A stretch of 24,000 nucleotides of DNA. It comes from Candidatus Levybacteria bacterium RIFCSPLOWO2_12_FULL_39_17 (GTDB taxonomy: Bacteria; Patescibacteriota; Microgenomatia; Levybacterales; GWA1-39-11). The translations under genes and the position numbers were made by a program. Positions 1 through 8,300 of this stretch are shown here, piece after piece (the first letter of the stretch is position 1; the number at the start of each line of letters is the position of its first letter). The notes under the pieces are model-generated. The model ran no database searches, was not told where the DNA came from, and saw nothing but the letters and a program-made list of their open reading frames with translations. The stretch covers positions 1 to 24,000 of the forward strand of contig MFPJ01000020.1 in NCBI GenBank assembly GCA_001782675.1, written 5' to 3'.

Positions 1-331
1 AATCTTTTCGTAAGTCCCAGAGGCCAACAAGAAGAGAATCGGAGGGCGGAAGGTAAAACACATCGTCCTGAGAAAAGTGAAGATGCCATCCCTTGATTGC
101 TCCGGGAAGGAGTTTTGACCTGTTTATCTGCTTTATTTGAAATCCGGGGAGCGTTTCGATTTGCCCGTTTTCCATCCTGATGATTTCCGAGAAATCCCCG
201 TCCTCGGCAATAAAGTTCTCAATCGGAACAATTCTTACCTCTTCAATTGTGGGCTTTGCGGAATAATCCTGGACATAGATATTGCCGCGATTCTTTTCGT
301 CAATATCATCAAGAGTGAGATTATCCGGCAT
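1..331 (-). CDS. dTDP-4-dehydrorhamnose 3,5-epimerase-like (RmlC-like cupin), partial, runs off window start
   Basis: Manual minus-strand translation from ATG at 331: MPDNLTLDDIDEKNRGNIYVQDYSAKPTIEEVRIVPIENFIAEDGDFSEIIRMENGQIETLPGFQIKQINRSKLLPGAIKGWHLHFSQDDVFYLPPSDSLLVGLWDLRKD; open to the window edge; 'GAIKGWHLHFSQDDVF...LVGLWDLRKD' resembles the RmlC family. Absent from the supplied ORF track. Confidence 0.8.
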   Translation of the reverse strand, partial: MPDNLTLDDIDEKNRGNIYVQDYSAKPTIEEVRIVPIENFIAEDGDFSEIIRMENGQIETLPGFQIKQINRSKLLPGAIKGWHLHFSQDDVFYLPPSDSLLVGLWDLRKD

Positions 332-340
332 ATTGCTTAA

Positions 341-370
341 ATTATAGCAGAAAAGCTTTTTCAATAGCAA
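341..370 (-). promoter_or_regulatory. putative sigma70-like promoter of the RmlC-like gene
   Basis: Minus strand TTGCTA - 18 nt - TATAAT, with the -10 ending 9 nt before the ATG at 331. Confidence 0.5.
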
Positions 371-476
371 AACCCCAAATTATCAATTATTTAATTCATC
401 TAAAGGTTATGTAGATTGCGGAAGCATGATCTTTGTGGTAAAATTATTCAAATTCAAAGGAAAGGAAGTACTATGC

Positions 477-1574
477 ATGGCAATTTCAAACAATTCTTCA
501 AGTAAATCTTCTAAACCGGCTTCTTCGATGGCGGAGCTTATGAGTCGCAAAGCGGGAAACCTTCAAATCCTGCGCAAAGGACAACAAATAACCGGTACGA
601 TTAAAAAATTGACTCCCCGGGAAATCCTAATGGATATTGAGGCCAAAGGTGACGCCCTGGTAATTGAGTATGACCGGCAAAATCTGGAGAACTTACTCAC
701 TTTTTTAAAGGTTGGTGACCGGGTGAGCGCGACGGTTATTTCTCCCGAGAGCGAGGAAGGATTCCCGGTTCTTTCTTTGAGACGGACTCTTGACGATATA
801 ATCTTTGAAAGACTTGAGGAGTTAAGCAAAAAAGAAGAGGCATTTGAAGTGGAGGTTGTTGAAAGCACCCGGGGAGGATATTTTGCCCTAACATCTCAGG
901 GGATTAAAGGATTTCTTCCAAGTTCCCAAGTGTCAGGTGGAGAGAATTTAGCGGGACGGAAAATACAGGTTAAAATTCTTGAGTTTGATAGAGCGAGAAA
1001 GCGGATAGTTTTTTCTCAAAAAGCATTAAATTTTGTAATGAATCCAGCTACACTTCGCGAGTTTGTAAAACCGGGGGAAACAGTTGAAGGAGAAATATTA
1101 AGTGTCGCCCCTTATGGGGTTTTTGTTTCAATATCAAAAAACGGATCAGGCGATGGGAAAGCGGCCGAGGGATTTATTCATATCTCGGAAGTTTCCTACC
1201 AGAGAGTTGAAAATTTACCCCAAAAATATAAGTCCGGAGAAAAAATTAAGGCGCAGGTCATTGATGTTGATTCCGCAAGCAGAAGAGTTAATCTTTCAAT
1301 AAAGAGAACAGAAAAAGATGCCTTTGAAAACGCAAAAGAAAAGTATAAGCCGGAGCAAAAAATAAAAGGCAAAGTCCTCGATGTTAAGACTCGCGGAGTG
1401 ACTTTTGAGCTTGAATCCGGCATAAACGGGTTTATCTCCAGCTCCAAAATCCCTCAGGGACAAACTTACAATCCGGGCGATACAGTGGAGGCGGAGATCG
1501 TCTCGATAGACGAGAAGAGAAGGGTGGTTATTCTTTCACCGGTTCTAAAAGCTGTACCGATAGGATATCGTTAG
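477..1574 (+). CDS. rpsA: S1 RNA-binding domain protein, 30S ribosomal protein S1-like (multiple S1 repeats)
   Basis: Repeated S1 motifs (KGxxxxGxVxxxxxxGxFV..., 'GAKGFIHISEVS'-type segments, 'GKVLDVKTRGVTFELESGINGFISSSKI'); AAAGGAAAGGAAG upstream of the ATG at 477 favours it over 426. Confidence 0.85.
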   Translation: MAISNNSSSKSSKPASSMAELMSRKAGNLQILRKGQQITGTIKKLTPREILMDIEAKGDALVIEYDRQNLENLLTFLKVGDRVSATVISPESEEGFPVLSLRRTLDDIIFERLEELSKKEEAFEVEVVESTRGGYFALTSQGIKGFLPSSQVSGGENLAGRKIQVKILEFDRARKRIVFSQKALNFVMNPATLREFVKPGETVEGEILSVAPYGVFVSISKNGSGDGKAAEGFIHISEVSYQRVENLPQKYKSGEKIKAQVIDVDSASRRVNLSIKRTEKDAFENAKEKYKPEQKIKGKVLDVKTRGVTFELESGINGFISSSKIPQGQTYNPGDTVEAEIVSIDEKRRVVILSPVLKAVPIGYR

Positions 1575-1643
1575 TTAAAAGTTCAAACTTTGAATTTTGA
1601 ATTGTAATTTTGAACTTTTAATTTTTAACCTTGAATTTATCCT

Positions 1644-3017
1644 ATGGCAGTAAAGACAGCTTTCATTTGTTCAAATTGCGGGTATGAGTCAGGGAAATGG
1701 TACGGGAGGTGTCCTGATTGTTCCTCATGGAATACCTTGCAGGAAGTCATAGTTCAAAAAATCTCAAAAAACGCTAATATCATTGATTTAGGCACATCGG
1801 CCGCGCCGCTTAGAATTTCAGAAGTCAAAACTTCAAATTTCCGCAGAATTTCAACCGGCTTTTTGGAATTTGACAGGGTTTTGGGCGGCAGGGACGAATC
1901 ATGCGGAATCGTTCCCGGCTCGGTCATACTCCTTTCGGGAGATCCGGGAGTTGGAAAATCAACCCTGATTTTAGAGGTGGCACTTAATATTGCGGGTAGC
2001 AGTTGGCGGTTGGCAGGTAGAAATTTAAAAAACCAAGAGCCAAAACCTAAACGCCAAGTTTTATACATCACCGGTGAGGAGTCTGAAAACCAGATAAAAT
2101 TGCGCGCCGAGCGCATCGGTAAAAATAAAGATATGGAAAATTTATTTATATTTTCAACCGGAGACATTGATCTTGCAATCGCGTCCTGCGAGAAGATCGC
2201 GCCGGATATTGTAATTGTTGATTCAATTCAAACTATGTCAAGTCAAAGTTTTCCGGGTTTTGCCGGATCTCTTCCTCAAGTAAGACATGCCACTTCCCGT
2301 TTAGTTTCATACGCCAAGAAAAAGGGGACGCCGATTTTTATTGTCGGTCATGTGACAAAGGAAGGCGTAGTAGCCGGCCCCATGCTTCTTTCCCATATGG
2401 TTGATTGTGTGCTTTATTTTGAAGGGGAAAACCTGACCGGCACCAGGATTTTGCGGGCTTTTAAAAATAGATTCGGAGATACATCCGAGGTTGGAATATT
2501 CAACATGGAAGAAAACGGTTTTTCAGAAGTTGACACTTCCAAGTTTTTTATGGATCAGGGCAATCTGAAAGTCCCCGGAAGCTGCCTTACCGTACTCATG
2601 GAAGGGGCAAGGCCCATAATTGTTGAAATACAGGGTTTGGTTGTCCCTTCAAACCTTTCATTTCCAAGAAGGGTTTCAAACGGTTTTTCTTCGAGCCGAC
2701 TTGAGCTTCTTCTTGCGGTCATTCAAAAGCATTTAAAATTGCCCTTTGAGCGAATTGATGTTTTCTTAAATGTTGTTGGAGGTTTAAGAATTACTGAAAC
2801 CGCCGCGGACCTTGCGGTTTGCATGGCATGTATATCTTCCTTTAAAAACAAACCTTTAGGCTCAATAATCGCTGTGGGTGAAGTAGGCTTGCTTGGCGAG
2901 ATCAAAGATGTTTTAAATCTTAAATTGAGATTGAAAGAGGCAAAAAAATTGGGTTTTAAGAGAATCATAAGTAATGAAAACTATAAGTTTTTAAATGATA
3001 TAATTAGGGCGATATGA
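1644..3017 (+). CDS. radA: DNA repair protein RadA/Sms
   Basis: N-terminal zinc finger CSNCGYESGKWYGRCPDC, Walker A GDPGVGKST, YITGEES, RadA motif KNRFGDTSEVGIF, C-terminal Lon-like domain. Confidence 0.95.
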   Translation: MAVKTAFICSNCGYESGKWYGRCPDCSSWNTLQEVIVQKISKNANIIDLGTSAAPLRISEVKTSNFRRISTGFLEFDRVLGGRDESCGIVPGSVILLSGDPGVGKSTLILEVALNIAGSSWRLAGRNLKNQEPKPKRQVLYITGEESENQIKLRAERIGKNKDMENLFIFSTGDIDLAIASCEKIAPDIVIVDSIQTMSSQSFPGFAGSLPQVRHATSRLVSYAKKKGTPIFIVGHVTKEGVVAGPMLLSHMVDCVLYFEGENLTGTRILRAFKNRFGDTSEVGIFNMEENGFSEVDTSKFFMDQGNLKVPGSCLTVLMEGARPIIVEIQGLVVPSNLSFPRRVSNGFSSSRLELLLAVIQKHLKLPFERIDVFLNVVGGLRITETAADLAVCMACISSFKNKPLGSIIAVGEVGLLGEIKDVLNLKLRLKEAKKLGFKRIISNENYKFLNDIIRAI

Positions 3018-3805
3018 ATTATAAAATCAAAAATAAGGGTTCAGGGCAGGCGCGGCCGGGACGGGCAGGCGCGGCCGCTCATCTTTTGATGGAAAATATT
3101 ATGCTTCCGCGCCGGGTGATCACTCAAATTGCGGATGAAGTCGGAAAAGTCGTTAGCAAGAGCCTCTCGGTCGGCAGGAAAAGAGGTAAAAAAAAGAATA
3201 AACAAATTGAAAATCCTGTCTTTCTTGATACCTCGGCAATCATAGACATGAGAGTTTTTGATCTGGCCAAAATCGGAGCATTTTATGGTACTTTTATGCT
3301 TTTGGAAGGCGTGCTTTCGGAACTGAAAAATATTGCCGACTCAAAAGACGGTATTAAAAAGGATAGGGGAAGGAAGGCGCTTGATGCCCTTGAAGCCTTT
3401 AGGAAGGCAAAGGGTGTTAAGGTGAGGATTATGGCAGATTACGGGGAAAAATCGGTTGACGAAGACATAATAGACATGGCCCGAAAAAATAAGGGAAGAA
3501 TAATAACTTGCGACTATAATCTTTCAAAAAAAGCAAGGATTTCGGGTGTGCCGGCAATTGATCTTTATGAGATGACAAATATTCTCAAAACTACGGCTCT
3601 TCCCGGAGAGGAATTTTGGGTCAAAATCATTCAATCCGGAAAGGGAGAAGGGCAGGGTGTTGGATATTTGCCGGATGGGACAATGCTGGTTGTTGAACGG
3701 GGAAAAGAATATGTAGGGAAAACCATTCAGGTAAAGGTATCCCGCATTATTCAGACAGATGCCGGAAAAATTCTCTTCTCGAAAATTAAAACTCCTGACA
3801 ACTGA
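3014..3805 (+). CDS. PIN domain plus TRAM domain protein (YacL-like, lacking the usual N-terminal membrane segments)
   Basis: PIN motifs 'VFLDTSAIIDMRVFDLAKIG', 'DEDIIDMARKNKGRIITCDYNLSKKARISGVPAIDLYEM'; C-terminal TRAM-like 'GQGVGYLPDGTMLVVERGKEYVGKTIQVKVSRIIQTDAGKILFSKI'; ATGA overlap with the radA stop. Confidence 0.85.
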   Translation: MNYKIKNKGSGQARPGRAGAAAHLLMENIMLPRRVITQIADEVGKVVSKSLSVGRKRGKKKNKQIENPVFLDTSAIIDMRVFDLAKIGAFYGTFMLLEGVLSELKNIADSKDGIKKDRGRKALDALEAFRKAKGVKVRIMADYGEKSVDEDIIDMARKNKGRIITCDYNLSKKARISGVPAIDLYEMTNILKTTALPGEEFWVKIIQSGKGEGQGVGYLPDGTMLVVERGKEYVGKTIQVKVSRIIQTDAGKILFSKIKTPDN

Positions 3806-3821
3806 CAATCGATATTCATGC

Positions 3822-3850
3822 TTGACTATGTAATACAAATGTAATACAAT
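3822..3850 (+). promoter_or_regulatory. putative promoter/operator of the toxin-antitoxin operon
   Basis: TTGACT (3822-3827) - 17 nt - TACAAT (3845-3850); spacer and -10 are a tandem 11-mer ATGTAATACAA x2 (3828-3838, 3839-3849), each containing the palindrome TGTAATACA. Confidence 0.55.
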
Positions 3851-4141
3851 ATGACCAGAATCAAAGTCAAGAAATTAATTTGGGATGAATATAATCGAGA
3901 ACATATCAAAAGACATGAAGTTAGCGTTAAAGAGGTAGAAGAGATTAGGAAAAATTACTTAGCTCATAAAAAAGGCAAAAAGGGAAGATATTTAATGATT
4001 GGAAGAAGCGGCTCGAGGATTTTATCTGTAGTAATTAACAGAAAAGAAACAGGAATTTATTATCCGGTAACTGCATATGATGCAGATAAGCCCGAAAGGA
4101 GAATCCTTTATGAAAAAGAAAGCAAACAAAAAGAAATTTAA
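3851..4141 (+). CDS. BrnT-like type II toxin
   Basis: Short protein 'KKLIWDEYNREHIKRHEVSVKEVEEI...' resembles the BrnT pattern (WDxxKxxxNxxKHxVSFEEA); followed by an overlapping RHH/CopG-type ORF. Confidence 0.7.
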   Translation: MTRIKVKKLIWDEYNREHIKRHEVSVKEVEEIRKNYLAHKKGKKGRYLMIGRSGSRILSVVINRKETGIYYPVTAYDADKPERRILYEKESKQKEI

Positions 4142-4400
4142 ATTTCCCGATTTCGATAAAATGACCTACGCGCAGGAGGCTAAATGGTGGGATACTCATC
4201 CTTTTTCCGAATATTGGGATGAGTTGGAAGATGTTGATATTGTATTCGAATTACATAAACCAAAAACTGAGACAATTGTAGTTCGTCTTCAGAAAAACCT
4301 AAAGGATAGACTTGAGAAGCTTGCTTCAGCAAAAGGCTTGAATGTTTCCACTCTTGCACGAATGTGGATCGCCGAAAAACTCCGAACAAACAAAGCCTAG
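4110..4400 (+). CDS. CopG/BrnA-like antitoxin (ribbon-helix-helix)
   Basis: SD-like GAAAGGAGAATCC before the ATG at 4110; C-terminal 'ETIVVRLQKNLKDRLEKLASAKGLNVSTLARMWIAEKL' is RHH/CopG-like. Confidence 0.7.
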   Translation: MKKKANKKKFKFPDFDKMTYAQEAKWWDTHPFSEYWDELEDVDIVFELHKPKTETIVVRLQKNLKDRLEKLASAKGLNVSTLARMWIAEKLRTNKA

Positions 4401-4550
4401 AAGTTTTTATCTATTAGATTTTTATATTCTTCGCGAGGAATCACAAGCCTCTTATAATTGCAGTATAACAAGTCTTTGTCTAGGAAATAATCAAATTCGT
4501 GAAAATTTGCGGCGTAAATGCCACTTTTTTCACGACTTGTGACCTAAAAG

Positions 4551-4680
4551 GGAAAAGGAGGCCGTTAAGTGATCCGTCGTAGAACGAATTAAGAAGAACT
4601 TCTGGACTCAAAAGGAGTAAGAATGCCTGCCCAACACTCTTACTCCATCTCAACCCAGAAAAACAACGGGGCCTGCATCT
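4551..4680 (+). ncRNA. possible structured RNA of unknown family
   Basis: Non-coding stretch with perfect hairpin GGAGTAAGA (4614-4622)/TCTTACTCC (4638-4646), enclosed by AGGCC (4559-4563)/GGCCT (4670-4674). No known family recognised. Confidence 0.25.
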
Positions 4681-4840
4681 AAAAAAGATTTTAAAGCTAG
4701 TTATTAAAGCATAAAAAATGCTTTTTTAACCGCCTAAATTGCTTTTTTTAGCTTCGTCAATTTTTCTTGACAAAGCAATTCGGTTCTGCTAATTTCTATT
4801 GTCAAGAGCCTAGTCTTTTCCTGCCTAAAGACTAAAGCTT

Positions 4841-4911
4841 ACTTTAAAAGAGCATTGCTTTTCGTACTTAAGGATTTATTTACACAGTAGCGAAAGCGAT
4901 GCTCTTTTTTT
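4841..4911 (+). terminator. putative intrinsic terminator
   Basis: Long imperfect stem ACTTTAAAAGAGCATTGCTTTTCG ... CGAAAGCGATGCTCT followed by a T run (about 4905-4911). Confidence 0.5.
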
Positions 4912-4965
4912 AAAAGTTCTTAGCCTTGTCCTGCCTGTGAGCAGACCTTGCTTCAATCTAACAGC

Positions 4966-5115
4966 CTAAAGCATAAAGACAGGTATGCTTAGGCCGCGAT
5001 CGACCAGCTTTTTAATCTGGTCCCTGCCTAACTTTTCTATAGAGTCTTGATAAAAATCTGTCAAGCCTTTCTTTGACCTTTTTTCTTGCTTCCTGAAAAA
5101 ATTAAGAAACTTCAT
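4966..5115 (-). CDS. small hypothetical protein (49 aa)
   Basis: MKFLNFFRKQEKRSKKGLTDFYQDSIEKLGRDQIKKLVDRGLSIPVFML; protein-like composition, but no clear SD. Confidence 0.35.
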   Translation of the reverse strand: MKFLNFFRKQEKRSKKGLTDFYQDSIEKLGRDQIKKLVDRGLSIPVFML

Positions 5116-5338
5116 GATTACTAAAATAGTATAGCATATTTTGTCAAGTCCTGCAAACCTATAGCATTTCAAAGCCCAAAATTGTCTAAGCCTAGAGTAT
5201 TTATAGATGCACTTTAGCCCGTGTTTTCAATCTATTTAGATACTTAATAAATAAATGTGAATAACTTTGGGAAAACTTAATTTGACTCTTGACAAACGAA
5301 AAAAAATTATTCAATGTTGCCATTCAAACCATTTGCGC

Positions 5339-8300
5339 TTACTTGATACTTCTGATACTTGTGATACCTTTGATACCTCCAATGACGCCGAATAGTCCGA
5401 GAAGAGCAAATCCGGCATACTCCAGGTATTGAGGAAGGAAGACGATTATTATCTTTGATCTTTGATTTTTGATTTTTGATTTTTCGATGAGCCAGCCGTT
5501 TGCCCACCCGTTAACTTCAACATGCTCTTTAATTTCATTCCCAAACCAAAAGGGAAAAGCAGAATTCAAAAAACTTTTAACTTTTAACTTTGAACTTTGA
5601 ACTGAATAGGCTCTCCACCCCGGATCATAGCTCTGGGAAAGGATAAAAGTAGTGGGATGCTCTGAATTTGAAAGGGAAACTTGATAAAAACTTTCCTGAG
5701 GATGATTTACAGATTCAATTTTTGCCCCTTCTGTTTCAGTTTTAACAAAAGGCTTGGCAGAATCAATGCCAATTCCCGTTATAAAGTTAAATGGGATTGG
5801 ATATATTTCCAAGCCCGAAAGCCTATTTGAAACAGTTTGTTTGCCGATTGAGATATTGTCAAAATGAAAAGAATATCCTCTTCCGTTTTCCTCCATTGGA
5901 GGTAACACATAAAATGATACTTCTTCGGCAGATTTTTGGTTTTTTGCCCGAGCTAAGTAAGTATCAATTGGTGCATACCACTGGTCTTCATTTAACACCC
6001 AAAAGTGAAAAGGCCTGCCCGAGAAATTTTTGCTTTTGACAAATATCGCATAAGCCTCATCATGCAAAATAGAGGAGGAGTAAAACGAAGCGCAAATACT
6101 TGAATTGTTTGAGGTAAGCAAAACAAGGCCATTTGAAGTATCGCTTGTATTTTTGCCACTTCTCCAGAAATCACAATCTTTAATGTTAAGCTCTTCTATA
6201 GAAGCTTTATAAGAAATATAATCATCATCTATTTTTGGGACAACTATTGAAAGGCGGTGTTTGCCAAGAGAAACCGGGACCATTACTTCCCCTCTATAAA
6301 GGTTGTCAAAAATTTGAGCCTTGATTTCCTGCGTTTTTGAAATTCCCTGCCCTGAAAGTACCACAAAGTTGTCCTCGAGTCCTGTTAAAAAGCTTGCTCC
6401 TTTCCTTTGCCTTTCATTTTCGGCTTCTTTGTCTATCTTTAAGTTCGATACTCCATTTATATTTAAGCTTACGGGGTATTTTGTACCTTTGGGCAGTATA
6501 AATAGGGGGAAATCAAAAGCTTCCTCCCACATTTTTTGCCTGTCAAGAAATACTCCCGGGGTTTTAATTGCTGCTGAAATGACAGTATTTCCGTCATTAT
6601 CAAGTATGGTTGATATTTCAAAAGCAATACTTTTTTGGGACTTAAAGAAAGAAGGTATTTTTAAGAAAGAGTCTTTTTTGACTTCAATATCTCCTGAAAC
6701 CTCAATAAAATCTTTTTGGTTTTCCAGGGTAAATTCCTTCTCCTTTTCTGTCTTGAGTGAAAAAAGGGAACCGAAGGGGTACATTTGACAACTGACATCT
6801 GACACTTCGACTCCGCTCAGTGCAGGCAATTGACATTTGACAGAAACATAATTCCCGAATGTTGAATAGGCAAGATCACTGCTTTTCCAGAAAGGGGAAT
6901 CAATTTGGGGAAGTTGGCCTTTTGTATAAATAAAAGAATTTACTTTATCCTTTGTTTCAAGTTTATATATTTTTATATTCCCGAATTGGGCAACACCCTG
7001 AATGTTTGGAATTTTTGAAAGTAACTCCTCAGTCTCAGCATAAAATAGTGATTTGGGTGAATTAGGGTAGATTATATTTTTGTCAAGAAGAATAAAAGAA
7101 ATTTGGTATTTGTTAAAAATATCTTGAAGAGCTTTTGGGTTTCTTGAATAGAGGGCGGAGGAGAGTTCATAATAATAGTTTTCGGAAGTTTGGGACCAAA
7201 CATCAAAGGCCCTGTCCAGGATAGGCTGTTTTATTCCATACCACAAGAAGCCCGAACCCCCATATCCCCATCTGTAAAAATTCCACCCCCAAAAGGTAGG
7301 CTGGGGGAGGTTTGCGATTCTTGTATTTTGGTCCTGTTTTTTAAAGAACTCAAAGGTATCAAAGTATTCTTTTGGAATATTAATCCGAGACTTGTCATAA
7401 AAAAGATGGCCTTGGAAGGCGGGGAGAGCAATCAGGAAAATAATAGCAATAATTACAACAGACGGTAGAAAATAGATAATAGAGGATAGTTTTTTGAAAA
7501 TAGATAATAGAGGATAGTTGAGTTTTCGATCTTCTATCTTCAAACTTCTACCACCATCTCCTATTTTCCATATTCTATCGTCAAGGAATTTCAATATTAT
7601 TGAAATTCCAAGAGCGAGCATCACTGAATAGGAGAGGGCTGCAAGTATTGAAAATTTGGTAAAGGGAAAGCGGAATACCTGTTCGAATAATGGGATTTTG
7701 CGAAAAATCTCATCAATAAAAGAAAAAGGAAAAGTGTTTGTTGCAAGCATAGTGAAAGAGAAGAGGAACAAAGCTGCAAAAGCAGCTTTGAATTTCCAAT
7801 TTCCCCCTGCCTCGCCAAGCGAAGCGGGGCGGGCAATTTCCAATTTCCAATTCAAAATTACAGAGAAAAATCCCAAGAGCATTATTCCAAAAAGCATTAA
7901 GCCTGCCAGGACAATATAAGGGTTTGAGAAGTGGTTGCGCCAAGGGGCAAGCATATAATCAAAATCACCGTTAAGATTGGGATCAACATTGTTAAACCAA
8001 AATCCCTTAAGGAGCATTGTGTCAACAAAACCTCCAAACTCCTTATTCTGCAAAACAACATTTTCAGTTGCCATCTGGTTAATCTTGGCATCAAAAACTA
8101 CCTGAGCATTAGTCAGAGTAAAAAATAGGAAAGGAAGTAACCAAAAGGCATTTAAGATAAAAGTTATAAGAAGGACCTTGATACTTGCCGGGTATTGTCG
8201 GGTTCTTATTCCAACATTAAAAAGGACAATTAACAGGGCAGAAATATAGACAATAAAAACTGTCGGTACTTGTCCCTGAGGAATAGCAAGAATATTGACT

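Noticed and set aside
137-340. Track ORF of 67 aa on the plus strand
   Set aside because: Antisense shadow of the RmlC-like gene; no SD and no family resemblance.
563-868. Minus ORFs 563-868 and 1196-1447, plus ORF 1102-1302
   Set aside because: Lie within the S1-domain gene in other frames; composition is that of shadow ORFs.
1754-2967. Minus ORFs 1754-2167 and 2723-2968
   Set aside because: Antisense to radA, no independent support.
4551-4680. tmRNA, RNase P RNA, SRP RNA or 6S RNA
   Set aside because: None of the expected conserved sequences could be recognised; kept only as an unclassified candidate.
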